A DNA stretch of 58,734 bases, from assembly GCA_049472335.1 (NCBI GenBank), contig JBLIRO010000027.1, forward strand, positions 1 to 58,734, written 5' to 3'. Every line of letters begins with the position of its first letter. Position 1 is the stretch's first letter. Source of the DNA: a bacterium. GTDB taxonomy: Bacteria; SZUA-182; DTGQ01; JAFGSM01. This document shows, one piece after another, positions 21,137 to 29,704 of this stretch. The notes under the pieces were generated by a model that did no database searches, had not been told where the DNA came from, and saw nothing but the letters and a program-made list of their open reading frames with translations. A program made the translations under genes and the position numbers.

Positions 21137-24100
21137 ATGGGAATTGGTGATATTTTCCATTCAAAGTGCCAAAAGTATTTTACGGTTAAAACCCGCACAA
21201 TCAACATCAAAGGTCTTTCGGCGAATCTTCAGGGTAAACAACTGGGTGATTTCAGCTTAGGGGTGGGAGAACTTACTATCCGGCCGGAATTTGTGAAAGC
21301 GACGGAGCGATTACAGGAATTGGATGTGATACAGTTCGACATCTGCCAAAACATCCATAAACTGAATAAAAGAAGTGCCAGACGTGAAGAGCTTTTAGAA
21401 AAACTGATTGAGACCCAGATTGAGATGCTTCGCATAGCCCAGCGCCCTGATGATTTCGAAAAAAAAACCCTTAAGGAAATAAAAACAAATACCACTGAAA
21501 TAAAAGCTGTTGTCAATGAAATCAACCAGAGGCTGAGTGTCCAGTTTAATCCGCCTCCTGCGCCACCGGCTGATCAATGCGCATTCATAACCGAGGTAAG
21601 CAGCTTGTACAGGATGATGGACTATGTGGTAGACACAAACTGCGGTTATGAGGATTGCCTGCTGGTGACTGAAAAAAGCCGTTTTGGTTCAGACCGGTCT
21701 TTTCTGGTCGGGGTTAAATTTTCCACGGAAACCATTAACCGGGTTGTCATCGAGTCATTTGCCGGGCAGGCTGCACGGGCTATCCATGGCGGCCGTGCTG
21801 ATCAGGCCGCGTTTGTAACAAATGGCGGCTACGATCCCAGCGCACAGGACCTGGCACAGGCTGAAAATATTACCTTGCAAACCGCTGCCGGCCTGCTGGC
21901 ATCCCTCATAGATTTCGGGCCCTATATCCGGAGATTTATGCAGGAGGTTGAAAATGACAAAAACCACCTGCTTGAGGTCTATGTTGATTTAAACTGTGCC
22001 AAACTGGACGTGGCAGCGACTCTGGACAAGGCCCGTCAGCACCCTCAGCCGGAAGAGGCGCTCCGGCATGGTACCGCAGAAGTCTCCGTTGATGTGAAAG
22101 AGAGCGTATGGCAGCCATTAGAGGGCCTGATTGATAAGCATATCATGGCCTGGCTGGCAACTTCGGAAGCCCCCCACCATATCTCCATTCTGGGTGACTT
22201 CGGGGCGGGAAAAACCTCTTTTTGCAAACACTTCACTTATCGGCTGCTGGAGCGATATCAGCAACAAAAAGCCCTGGCGTCAACAGGGGAAATGGTCCGG
22301 TTGCCGGTTTATATCCCTCTAAAGGAGTATGCGGAATTGGGTGCTGATGGAGGCGACAAGGCTCTATTAACCCATTATCTTGTTAACAAGATGGACGTAA
22401 AGACGGATTTTAAGGCCCTTGAAAAATGGGCTCAGGCCGGCAAATTACTTTTTATCCTGGACGGTTTTGATGAGATGGTGCAAAAAATAGATCCCCAAAC
22501 CCGCGATGAAAATTTCAGTGTTTTAGCCCGTTTAGCCCAACCGCCCAACAAGATTATTCTGACGGGACGGCCGGGCTATTTCCCCAGCCTGACAAATATC
22601 ATGATCACTTTTGGCCATGAGTTAGCCCCTCATGATCCCTATCAACGAGCAGGAAAGCGGATCGATAAAAAAATGAACGGGGACCTGCCCAGGTACGACA
22701 TCCTGAAGCTCAATCTCTTTACCCTGCCGGAGATCGGTCAGTATTTGGATCGACAGACGATCCGGCTGCACAAAACCGATCCTGCCAATGCAGCCAGGTT
22801 AAAACCGGCCATTATGGGAATGATCGAAAAAAATCCACAGATAGCGGACTTGAGTGAGCGGCCTGTTTTGTTATGGATGATTGTCGAGGCCCTGCCGGAT
22901 CTGCTTGAGAAGCTGGCTGTTGAAGATATTAATCTGGCCGAGCTATACCGCATCTTTACCGACAAATCACTTAAACGCGACTGGGGCAAAGGCAAGGTGC
23001 GCCAGTTGATCATCATAGACCAGCGGCGGGATTTTATGCGTCACCTGGCCTGGCAACTCCTGTCTCGTAGTATGCCGAGTATCTCCATTGCAGAACTGCA
23101 GAACATGACCGATTCCTTCTTCAAAACTAAAGACCTTTTAGAGGCAGCCCATATGGTCAACGATATTTGCACCTGCACATTTCTGACCCATGACGAGCGG
23201 GATGGTTACTTCAAATTTGTCCATAAATCCTTTATGGAATATTATGCAGCCGATAAAATAGCTCAGTATTTAATTAAACAGACCGAAGCCAATGAAGAAC
23301 CGGCTATCAGAAAACTTACCATTAATGAGGCAATTCGCGATTTTATCCATGCCATGTTGTACGGCCGCTGGCAGCCACCTGTATATAACGGTAAGCTGCC
23401 GGCCGGGCTGGAACAGCGCGGTGGTTTGATATATGCCGCACCTGTCCATATGGAGATGGTCTATATCCCACCCGGTCCATTTATCCTGGGTGAGCAGGAT
23501 GATATTCATGTGGTCATGCTGAGCAAAGGCTTTTTTATCGGCCGGTCTGCGGTCACAGTTGGACAGTTTGCCCGGTTTATCCAGGTGACAGGTTATAAAA
23601 CAACGGCGGAAGAGGAGGGATCGGCATTTGTTTATGACGGATCGTCATGGAGAGATAAAAAAGGTGCCGGCTGGCGCAATCCCGGTTTCTCACAGGAGGA
23701 AGATCATCCGGTTCTATGTGTGAGCTGGCATGACGCAATTGCCTTTTGTAACTGGATGTCTGAAAAGACCGGTGGTGCATTTCAGTTGCCGCGTGAGCTG
23801 GAATGGGAAAAGGCAGCCCGCGGAGTGGATGGCCGCATCTTCCCCTGGGGCGATGCTGAACCGGATAAGCAGCGCTGTAATTTTGAAATGAATATAGGCA
23901 GGACTACATCAGTGACCAGTTACCCTGCCGGGCAGAGTCCATACGGCTTGTTTGATTGTGCCGGCAATGTGGTGGAATGGTGCGCAGATAAATGGCATGA
24001 CAGTTATGTAGACCTGCAGGATGACGGGAAGTGGGGAGAAGATGGGGATGGTTCGAACCGGGTGTTGCGCGGCGGTGGCTGGAACTACGGGGCGCAGTTC

Positions 24101-24274
24101 TGTCGTTCGGCGAACCGGGGCTGCTCTACGCCTGACAATCGCAGCCTCAACGTCGGCTTCCGCCTGGTCTTCGTCCCTCAGTCAGTTGGTAGCCTGTCCG
24201 GTCATACCCTGAGCAATGACGAGCTGGCTGAGTGCAATGAGCGGGAGCGGAGGGACGGAGCGACCGGCGAATGA
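21137..24274 (+). CDS. DGR target 2: degenerate Mrr-like restriction-endonuclease domain + NACHT (STAND) NTPase + FGE-sulfatase/CLec domain
   Basis: AAFVTNGGYDPSAQDLAQAENITL (Mrr_cat-like), ISILGDFGAGKTSF, LLFILDGFDEM, IILTGRP, FVHKSFMEYYAA (NACHT/WH). LPRELEWEKAARG, GNVVEWC, RVLRGGGW. Contains VR2. AAGGAG RBS. Confidence 0.88.
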   Translation: MGIGDIFHSKCQKYFTVKTRTINIKGLSANLQGKQLGDFSLGVGELTIRPEFVKATERLQELDVIQFDICQNIHKLNKRSARREELLEKLIETQIEMLRIAQRPDDFEKKTLKEIKTNTTEIKAVVNEINQRLSVQFNPPPAPPADQCAFITEVSSLYRMMDYVVDTNCGYEDCLLVTEKSRFGSDRSFLVGVKFSTETINRVVIESFAGQAARAIHGGRADQAAFVTNGGYDPSAQDLAQAENITLQTAAGLLASLIDFGPYIRRFMQEVENDKNHLLEVYVDLNCAKLDVAATLDKARQHPQPEEALRHGTAEVSVDVKESVWQPLEGLIDKHIMAWLATSEAPHHISILGDFGAGKTSFCKHFTYRLLERYQQQKALASTGEMVRLPVYIPLKEYAELGADGGDKALLTHYLVNKMDVKTDFKALEKWAQAGKLLFILDGFDEMVQKIDPQTRDENFSVLARLAQPPNKIILTGRPGYFPSLTNIMITFGHELAPHDPYQRAGKRIDKKMNGDLPRYDILKLNLFTLPEIGQYLDRQTIRLHKTDPANAARLKPAIMGMIEKNPQIADLSERPVLLWMIVEALPDLLEKLAVEDINLAELYRIFTDKSLKRDWGKGKVRQLIIIDQRRDFMRHLAWQLLSRSMPSISIAELQNMTDSFFKTKDLLEAAHMVNDICTCTFLTHDERDGYFKFVHKSFMEYYAADKIAQYLIKQTEANEEPAIRKLTINEAIRDFIHAMLYGRWQPPVYNGKLPAGLEQRGGLIYAAPVHMEMVYIPPGPFILGEQDDIHVVMLSKGFFIGRSAVTVGQFARFIQVTGYKTTAEEEGSAFVYDGSSWRDKKGAGWRNPGFSQEEDHPVLCVSWHDAIAFCNWMSEKTGGAFQLPRELEWEKAARGVDGRIFPWGDAEPDKQRCNFEMNIGRTTSVTSYPAGQSPYGLFDCAGNVVEWCADKWHDSYVDLQDDGKWGEDGDGSNRVLRGGGWNYGAQFCRSANRGCSTPDNRSLNVGFRLVFVPQSVGSLSGHTLSNDELAECNERERRDGATGE
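24050..24181 (+). repeat. DGR variable repeat VR2
   Basis: 132-bp ungapped match to TR. By manual alignment, 18 mismatches: 15 at TR adenines and 3 at non-A positions. Confidence 0.94.
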
Positions 24275-24292
24275 AACGAAGCCAGGGAGTCA
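24182..24292 (+). repeat. Shared post-VR cassette (IMH/hairpin region), copy 2
   Basis: Near-identical to 19199-19309. Confidence 0.9.
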
Positions 24293-25014
24293 ATGTGAAA
24301 ATAGTGACAGGGGAAAAAATGACATTGGCTTCAAGCCAGATTGTACATAGTTAAAAATATAAATGCAGAGGTTTGTTTTGAATGTGAAGAGCGTTACTTT
24401 CATACAATAAGTGCATATTAACCATTTTATCAGCTTATTAAAGCTCGCCCCTGAAGTCATCCAAAAAAATCGAAGAAATAGGTGATCCGATGCCGAAACG
24501 CTATATCACTTAAGCCGATAGCTATCCTTTTTGATATTAATAACAACTGCTCCTGCTGGAATCTGATGACGAGAAGATAAAACGATTCAGGGAGATGGTA
24601 GAGGATTCAGAATATAAGGGTCGAAATGCACCCTTATAAACATACCTGCAACAATTTTGGATTAGTAGTCAGAACTTCAATGCCACCGGATGTAATTTAA
24701 TTTCTACTTGACAATGACTAAACATCTTTATATACTTAATTATATAATTATCGTAAAATATAGAACTGTTAGATCAGATTTAAGACTATATGTTCAGCAT
24801 ATAAATTCACGACGGTTGTTGCCTTCCAAGCAGTTTAGGATCTACATCGTTTTTTTAAAAGATTAGAAAATCGTCTTTTTTATTAAACAGCTTATACCTT
24901 ATCTATGGAATTTTAGGAGAAAGGAGGCATTTGAATAGATAAGGATTTTTGAGGTTAAACCCTGACCTTTGAAAAAAATATCTTATTAGTCATCTAAGAT
25001 AAAGGAGATATACT

Positions 25015-25242
25015 ATGAATAGGGAAGAGTTAAAGGAAATCATAGCCGCTGTGGTAAAAAAGATGGAGGCGAGTTCTCCTGCATCAGCATGCGGATTGTT
25101 TTGGTCGGATTGCAGATGGTTTTGGCGCGATGAAGGCGTAACGACCTTATATGGAATCGGCGAGGAAGAAGTTACTACCAAATATGGTATCAATGAGGAA
25201 GATCCTATTACTACTTTATATGGAATCAATGAAGAGGGTTAA
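25015..25242 (+). CDS. RiPP precursor 1 (3 TTxYGIxEE cores)
   Basis: AAGGAG RBS; leader MNREELKEIIAAVVKKMEASSPA; cores TTLYGIGEE, TTKYGINEE, TTLYGINEE. Confidence 0.88.
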   Translation: MNREELKEIIAAVVKKMEASSPASACGLFWSDCRWFWRDEGVTTLYGIGEEEVTTKYGINEEDPITTLYGINEEG

Positions 25243-25268
25243 TACTACAGGTTATTTTTCACGTTGAA

Positions 25269-25370
25269 ACTGTCGAAAAAGTCAAAATTTAGGATTTTAG
25301 GATCTGTAACGTCTTGACTTAATTGTTTATGATTTTTGTAAAATTCCAAAAAATGGCATTTTTCGACAGT
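25269..25370. mobile_element. MITE-like insertion with 12-bp terminal inverted repeats
   Basis: ACTGTCGAAAAA (25269-25280) ... TTTTTCGACAGT (25359-25370); interrupts a trailer that is contiguous after precursors 2 and 3. Confidence 0.55.
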
Positions 25371-25572
25371 CTTGTTAGAAGAAAAATCAGGGAATCAGAT
25401 GCTAAATCTGTTTTTGAAATACATATAGCTATATAATAATCTGTTTTTCACGGATTCGATTCATAGCGGATATAATAAAAAAGCAAATCTTCCTGAGGTA
25501 GAGTTTATATTCCTCAGGCTATTAACATAGATAAATAAATCCATTGATTATTCAATGGGAGAGGAGTTAACC

Positions 25573-25809
25573 ATGAGCAGAGACGAATTAAAGGAAATAA
25601 TAGCCGCAGTGATAAAAAAGATGGAGGCGAGCTCTCCTGCAGCAGCATGTTTCTGGTGGGATAGACCTGTAATAACCACTTATTATGGAATTGGTGAGGA
25701 AGATCCGGTAACGACCTTATATGGAATCGGAGAGGAAGATCCTACCACCAGGTATGCCATCAATGAGGAAGATGTTACCACCTTGTATGGAATCCGTGAG
25801 GAGGGTTAA
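25573..25809 (+). CDS. RiPP precursor 2 (4 cores)
   Basis: GAGGAG RBS before ATG 25573; same leader; cores TTYYGIGEE, TTLYGIGEE, TTRYAINEE, TTLYGIREE. Confidence 0.88.
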   Translation: MSRDELKEIIAAVIKKMEASSPAAACFWWDRPVITTYYGIGEEDPVTTLYGIGEEDPTTRYAINEEDVTTLYGIREEG

Positions 25810-25947
25810 TGCCGCAGGTTATTTTTCGTACTCAAAAAAATCAAGTAATCAGGATTTCAATCTGTTTTTGAAATATTAACAACTACACGAATTATCTATT
25901 TCTAATAGATTTGGAACAGGTTTTCATAATCAAAAAATTGAGTCTTG

Positions 25948-25977
25948 AAAGGGCAGGGATTTTTGTCCCTTCCCTTT
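25948..25977 (+). terminator. Hairpin terminator after precursor 2
   Basis: AAAGGGCAGGGA...TCCCTTCCCTTT; homologous to the hairpin after precursor 3. Confidence 0.55.
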
Positions 25978-25991
25978 ACTAATGTTTAACT

Positions 25992-26192
25992 ATGCCGTTA
26001 ACGAAAGAAGAGAAAGATTACATCGTAAATCAGGTGGTTGATATACTTAAGGCACCTAACAAGAAGATATTGATATCTGAATTGAGAAAAAAGGTGCTTA
26101 GCAAGGAAGATAATGCGGGCGAAGGGGAGAAAGGGCAGCTCGATGATGCAGTATACGCTGTTCTTCAGGCCATTGAAGAATTGTATGGCTAG
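25992..26192 (+). CDS. Small hypothetical protein in the RiPP cluster
   Basis: 66-aa helical ORF; N-terminus loosely resembles the precursor leader; ends in EELYG. Confidence 0.6.
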   Translation: MPLTKEEKDYIVNQVVDILKAPNKKILISELRKKVLSKEDNAGEGEKGQLDDAVYAVLQAIEELYG

Positions 26193-26243
26193 GGTAAAAA
26201 AAGAACTAATCCTATGTAGTATTATACATATAGCCCCAGCTTA

Positions 26244-26858
26244 ATGAGTCTTTTTCCCCCTGAAAGATATCAAAAAAGGTCTTTTTTTACTAATCTGTAT
26301 ATCCCTGCTATTGGTGCCGCTATCATTATCTTATACCCCAGCTATCACCAGGTAACCGATTTTCATCTCTGGTACCTGTTCCCTTTATGGATTATCCTGG
26401 GCCATATTTTGTGCAGCCTTTCTTATACCATCACCGGAATCTCCGTCAAAAAAGGCATAATCTTTTTCATCAACTCGTTTGCCGTCTATGGAGAAAACCG
26501 TTCATTAATTTATCTGCAGACCGCCTTTTTAACATCTTTTCTTGAAGAAGCCATCTTCCGATATTTTTTGCTTTTTTATTTAAAGGATCTGTTACGCAGC
26601 CCAATCCTGGCTATTTTTTTATCCAGTCTCATATTTACAGCCTATCATCTTCATCTGGGATGGAAATCTGAAAGTTTTATGAGATATCTGGACCTGTTCA
26701 TCTTTTCCTCTATAATCGGTACTGCCAATATAATCACCCGATCCTTTTACCCGGCCTTTATTCTGCATGGCATGCGCAACTATATCCTTCGGTGCCTCCT
26801 CGTATCCAAAGAGGAATACGAAGCAAGGAAAAAGAAGCGTGCATATTTAGACAACTAA
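26244..26858 (+). CDS. CPBP (Abi/CAAX type II) intramembrane metalloprotease
   Basis: LEEAIFR, FTAYH, LHGMRN motifs with multiple TM segments. Confidence 0.88.
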   Translation: MSLFPPERYQKRSFFTNLYIPAIGAAIIILYPSYHQVTDFHLWYLFPLWIILGHILCSLSYTITGISVKKGIIFFINSFAVYGENRSLIYLQTAFLTSFLEEAIFRYFLLFYLKDLLRSPILAIFLSSLIFTAYHLHLGWKSESFMRYLDLFIFSSIIGTANIITRSFYPAFILHGMRNYILRCLLVSKEEYEARKKKRAYLDN

Positions 26859-26982
26859 AATGCTAAAATACCACAAAATTTTTTAAGGGGAAAATGAATT
26901 TTTTTTTCGTCTATTTAATTGAAGGCAAAAAAATTTTTTATTAAAGATGTAGTTGAAAAGATTCAAGATAAGGAGGTACCCC

Positions 26983-27216
26983 ATGAACAGGGAAGAATTA
27001 AAGGAAATAATTAGTGCTGTGGTTAAGAAGATGGAAGCGAGCTCTCCGGCAGATGCATGTATTTTTTGGGACCAACCTGTTATAACTACCTATTATGGAA
27101 TAGGCGAGGAAGATCCTACTACCAGATATGCCATCAACGAGGAAGATCCTACTACTAAATATGCCATCAATGAGGAAGATGTTACCACTTTGTATGGGAT
27201 CAGTGAGGAGGGTTAA
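26983..27216 (+). CDS. RiPP precursor 3 (4 cores)
   Basis: AAGGAGG RBS before ATG 26983; cores TTYYGIGEE, TTRYAINEE, TTKYAINEE, TTLYGISEE. Confidence 0.88.
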   Translation: MNREELKEIISAVVKKMEASSPADACIFWDQPVITTYYGIGEEDPTTRYAINEEDPTTKYAINEEDVTTLYGISEEG

Positions 27217-27355
27217 TTCCGGAGGTTTTCCTACCATAGAAGAAAAACCACGGAATCATTGGCACATTCTGTTTTTGAGATACTTACAACTATATAGATT
27301 GTCTGTTTCTCATAGATTTGGAATACTTCTTCTTAATTAAGAAATCGAGTCCTGC

Positions 27356-27384
27356 AAGGGCAGGAGATTCTTTTCCTGCCCTTT
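27356..27384. terminator. Likely bidirectional terminator between precursor 3 and the convergent maturase operon
   Basis: AAGGGCAGGA-gattcttt-TCCTGCCCTT. Confidence 0.7.
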
Positions 27385-27396
27385 ATCATTAGATCA

Positions 27397-28602
27397 TTAT
27401 GCCGAACATACCCCTTTTTGCATCATGACCCTGTAAATACACATGGGATTTTCACCCACGCTCCCTGTATGGGAGATAGCAGCAGAGCTGCACCCCGCCT
27501 TACACAGGGGGCCGTATTTGCATTCTGCACAATATCCTTTCAACTGGGACATGGTGAATTGCCGGTTGTATTTGAAATTATTTGGGTCCTCCCAAAGCTC
27601 TTTTAGTGAATGCTCCCTTATATTCCCTTCGATATATTCAGGAGTGGAAGGCAATGACTGACAACCCTTGATATTTCCATTGGAATCAATCCCCAATATC
27701 TGTATGCCGGCATGGCATCCCACCCATAATGTTCCGCCCTTTCTCGTATTCCTGATATAGCCTTCCTTCCATGGCGGATAATATCCCACGTCATCCGCGA
27801 AATCGATATGGATATTATCTTTTCGCTTTCTCTTCTCATAGAAAACGTCATACACCTCTTTGATCTGCTCCGGTTTTATAATCAATGGGTCATCAGGTTT
27901 CAGCCTCCCGAGAGGGGAGGCGATCTGGATCTGCCACACCTTCACCCCTTTGTCAATGATAAAATCGTAGAGCCCGTCCAGATCCTTAATGGAATCGGAT
28001 GTGATAACCGTGCAGACCGCCATGGATATACCACGTTCCTTTAACAGGTCCATGCCCTTCTCGATCCTTTTAAATGACCCGGGCCTGCGCATCTTGTCAT
28101 GGCTTTTTTCAAGACCGTCAATACTGATGCCGATGATGGTCAGCCCGGCCCTTTTAAGCCTGTCGCAAAGGTCTTCCTCATGAAGTGTCCAGCCGTTGGT
28201 AATCACATTCACCCTGACATTGTTTTTTTGCAACCGAGCTGCGATATCCTCCCAATGGGGGTGTATTAAGGGCTCTCCGCCCAAAAGGGTGAGTCTTTCG
28301 CATTCAAGCTCTCCCAGTTCATCACAGACCCGCAACATCTCATCCAGATTCAGCTCATCCGCACGGCTTGCTCCGGCTGAGGAGCCGCAATGGGCACAGC
28401 TCATATTGCAGGCAAGGGTCAGCTCCCAAACCACAAAACGAGGGTACCATTTCATGGCCTTATAGATGGACATTGGATCCGCGGTGGCCTTTGCAAGGGC
28501 CTCCTTCACGTTCTCCTCCATCTTTTCATTTTCCACCTCGCGGGCAACTGATTTTGCCTCTTCTAAAAGGGAATTCAGGTTACCTAATCTATTTTGTGTC
28601 AT
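27397..28602 (-). CDS. Radical SAM/SPASM peptide maturase, splicease (PlpX)-like
   Basis: VWELTLACNMSCAHCGS (CxxxCxxC), WQIQIASPLGR, VGYY, WVGCHAGIQILGIDSNGNIKGCQSLP, GNIREHSL, CAECKYGPLCKAGC, ENPMCIYR. Family assignment is from recalled motif resemblance. Confidence 0.8.
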   Translation of the reverse strand: MTQNRLGNLNSLLEEAKSVAREVENEKMEENVKEALAKATADPMSIYKAMKWYPRFVVWELTLACNMSCAHCGSSAGASRADELNLDEMLRVCDELGELECERLTLLGGEPLIHPHWEDIAARLQKNNVRVNVITNGWTLHEEDLCDRLKRAGLTIIGISIDGLEKSHDKMRRPGSFKRIEKGMDLLKERGISMAVCTVITSDSIKDLDGLYDFIIDKGVKVWQIQIASPLGRLKPDDPLIIKPEQIKEVYDVFYEKRKRKDNIHIDFADDVGYYPPWKEGYIRNTRKGGTLWVGCHAGIQILGIDSNGNIKGCQSLPSTPEYIEGNIREHSLKELWEDPNNFKYNRQFTMSQLKGYCAECKYGPLCKAGCSSAAISHTGSVGENPMCIYRVMMQKGVCSA

Positions 28603-28683
28603 CTCTGACTCCTTTGGTTTTATTGCCTTTATAAAATTAGCATATTAATGATCAGGTATTTATAATATATAAATGATCTTATA

Positions 28684-29652
28684 TTATTGATCCAGTTGAT
28701 CCTGCCAAATATTGCCATCCCTTTTGAGGACCTCGATCAGATATTCAGCTATATTTCCGGCCATATTCATTTTAACCAATCTGCTCCAGCCTGTAAACAG
28801 CCCACTAGGATTAAAATCCAGCAAATAGTGCTTCCGTGTGTAATCATCGTATTCAATGTCAACAGAGCAATAGGCAAGGCCGAGTGTCCTGACTGCCTTT
28901 TCTATCTGCCTTCTCAATGGTTCTTCAGGTTCATAGGCAACAATACTCTTTGCCCTCTCCCTCCAATCCACAAACCTTCGGTCATAATGGATTTCTCCCA
29001 TAGATATAATTTTTCCCCCTAAAAGATACGCCCTGAAGCTCCGGCCATTCACGTATTGCTGAAAGATAAAAGGACGGGATCGGAGGATATGCTGATTCTG
29101 CTCAAAAAAAACCGTATCAGCCATCAGGGCCTCTGCTCCGCTCATGTTCGGTTTCGCAATGACCCGGCGATCCAGATCAACAATGAACCGGCGTATTTTA
29201 TGCAGGTTGTTTGTCACCAATGTCTTTGGCACACTGATCCCATTTGAATGAAGCAGATAATACTGGTACGCCTTGAGCCTGTGGAACATGGAGGGCCCAA
29301 GGTCATTGATGACCGGAACGTGGTCTGCCATTATCTTTGCCAAACTAAACTGTAGGGAAAGGAGTCTGATTTCGTTTAATGTCTTATCTTTGACATCTTC
29401 AATCTTTTTCCCAGTAGTAGAAGGATCAGCAGAAAAATTGCGTATAAAGACCAGATCTACGTCGCCTATATTGATCTCACCAGGGATATGGATGTCGTCA
29501 TATGCAGGAACCTCGTTCAGGGTGAGCATATTGAATCTGGGAAAGTTAAAGAAGTCCAGTATAAAGGCCCTGGCATTTAGCTTTTCAAGCTCATACTTAA
29601 CGGATTTAACATGCTCATCATTCTTTTGACCAATGATAGCTATATTATACAT
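28684..29652 (-). CDS. ATP-grasp (RimK-like) peptide maturase
   Basis: KAYQ...GISVPKTLVTN, IAKP, FIFQQYVNG, VDWR, YCSVDI, YLLDFNPSGLF. Confidence 0.85.
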   Translation of the reverse strand: MYNIAIIGQKNDEHVKSVKYELEKLNARAFILDFFNFPRFNMLTLNEVPAYDDIHIPGEINIGDVDLVFIRNFSADPSTTGKKIEDVKDKTLNEIRLLSLQFSLAKIMADHVPVINDLGPSMFHRLKAYQYYLLHSNGISVPKTLVTNNLHKIRRFIVDLDRRVIAKPNMSGAEALMADTVFFEQNQHILRSRPFIFQQYVNGRSFRAYLLGGKIISMGEIHYDRRFVDWRERAKSIVAYEPEEPLRRQIEKAVRTLGLAYCSVDIEYDDYTRKHYLLDFNPSGLFTGWSRLVKMNMAGNIAEYLIEVLKRDGNIWQDQLDQ

Positions 29653-29704
29653 TTATTTTTAACCTGTCTGGTTTTCAAAGGATCAAGATCGACCTTTAAC
29701 TCAT

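Larger units (their letters stand above)
16901..24292 (+). mobile_element. Diversity-generating retroelement cassette (target1-HRDC-RT-TR-target2)
   Basis: RT with DGR-type motif, TR and two VRs differing mainly at TR adenines. Confidence 0.93.

Noticed and set aside
24990..25229. Minus-strand ORF with IPYKVV repeats (also 26998-27237 and alternate-frame 27128-27340)
   Set aside because: Shadows of the precursor genes, which have RBSs and a conserved leader.
25141..27216. Tandem ~33-36 bp repeats as a CRISPR array
   Set aside because: Repeats are in-frame coding units with synonymous variation and no unique spacers; no cas genes.
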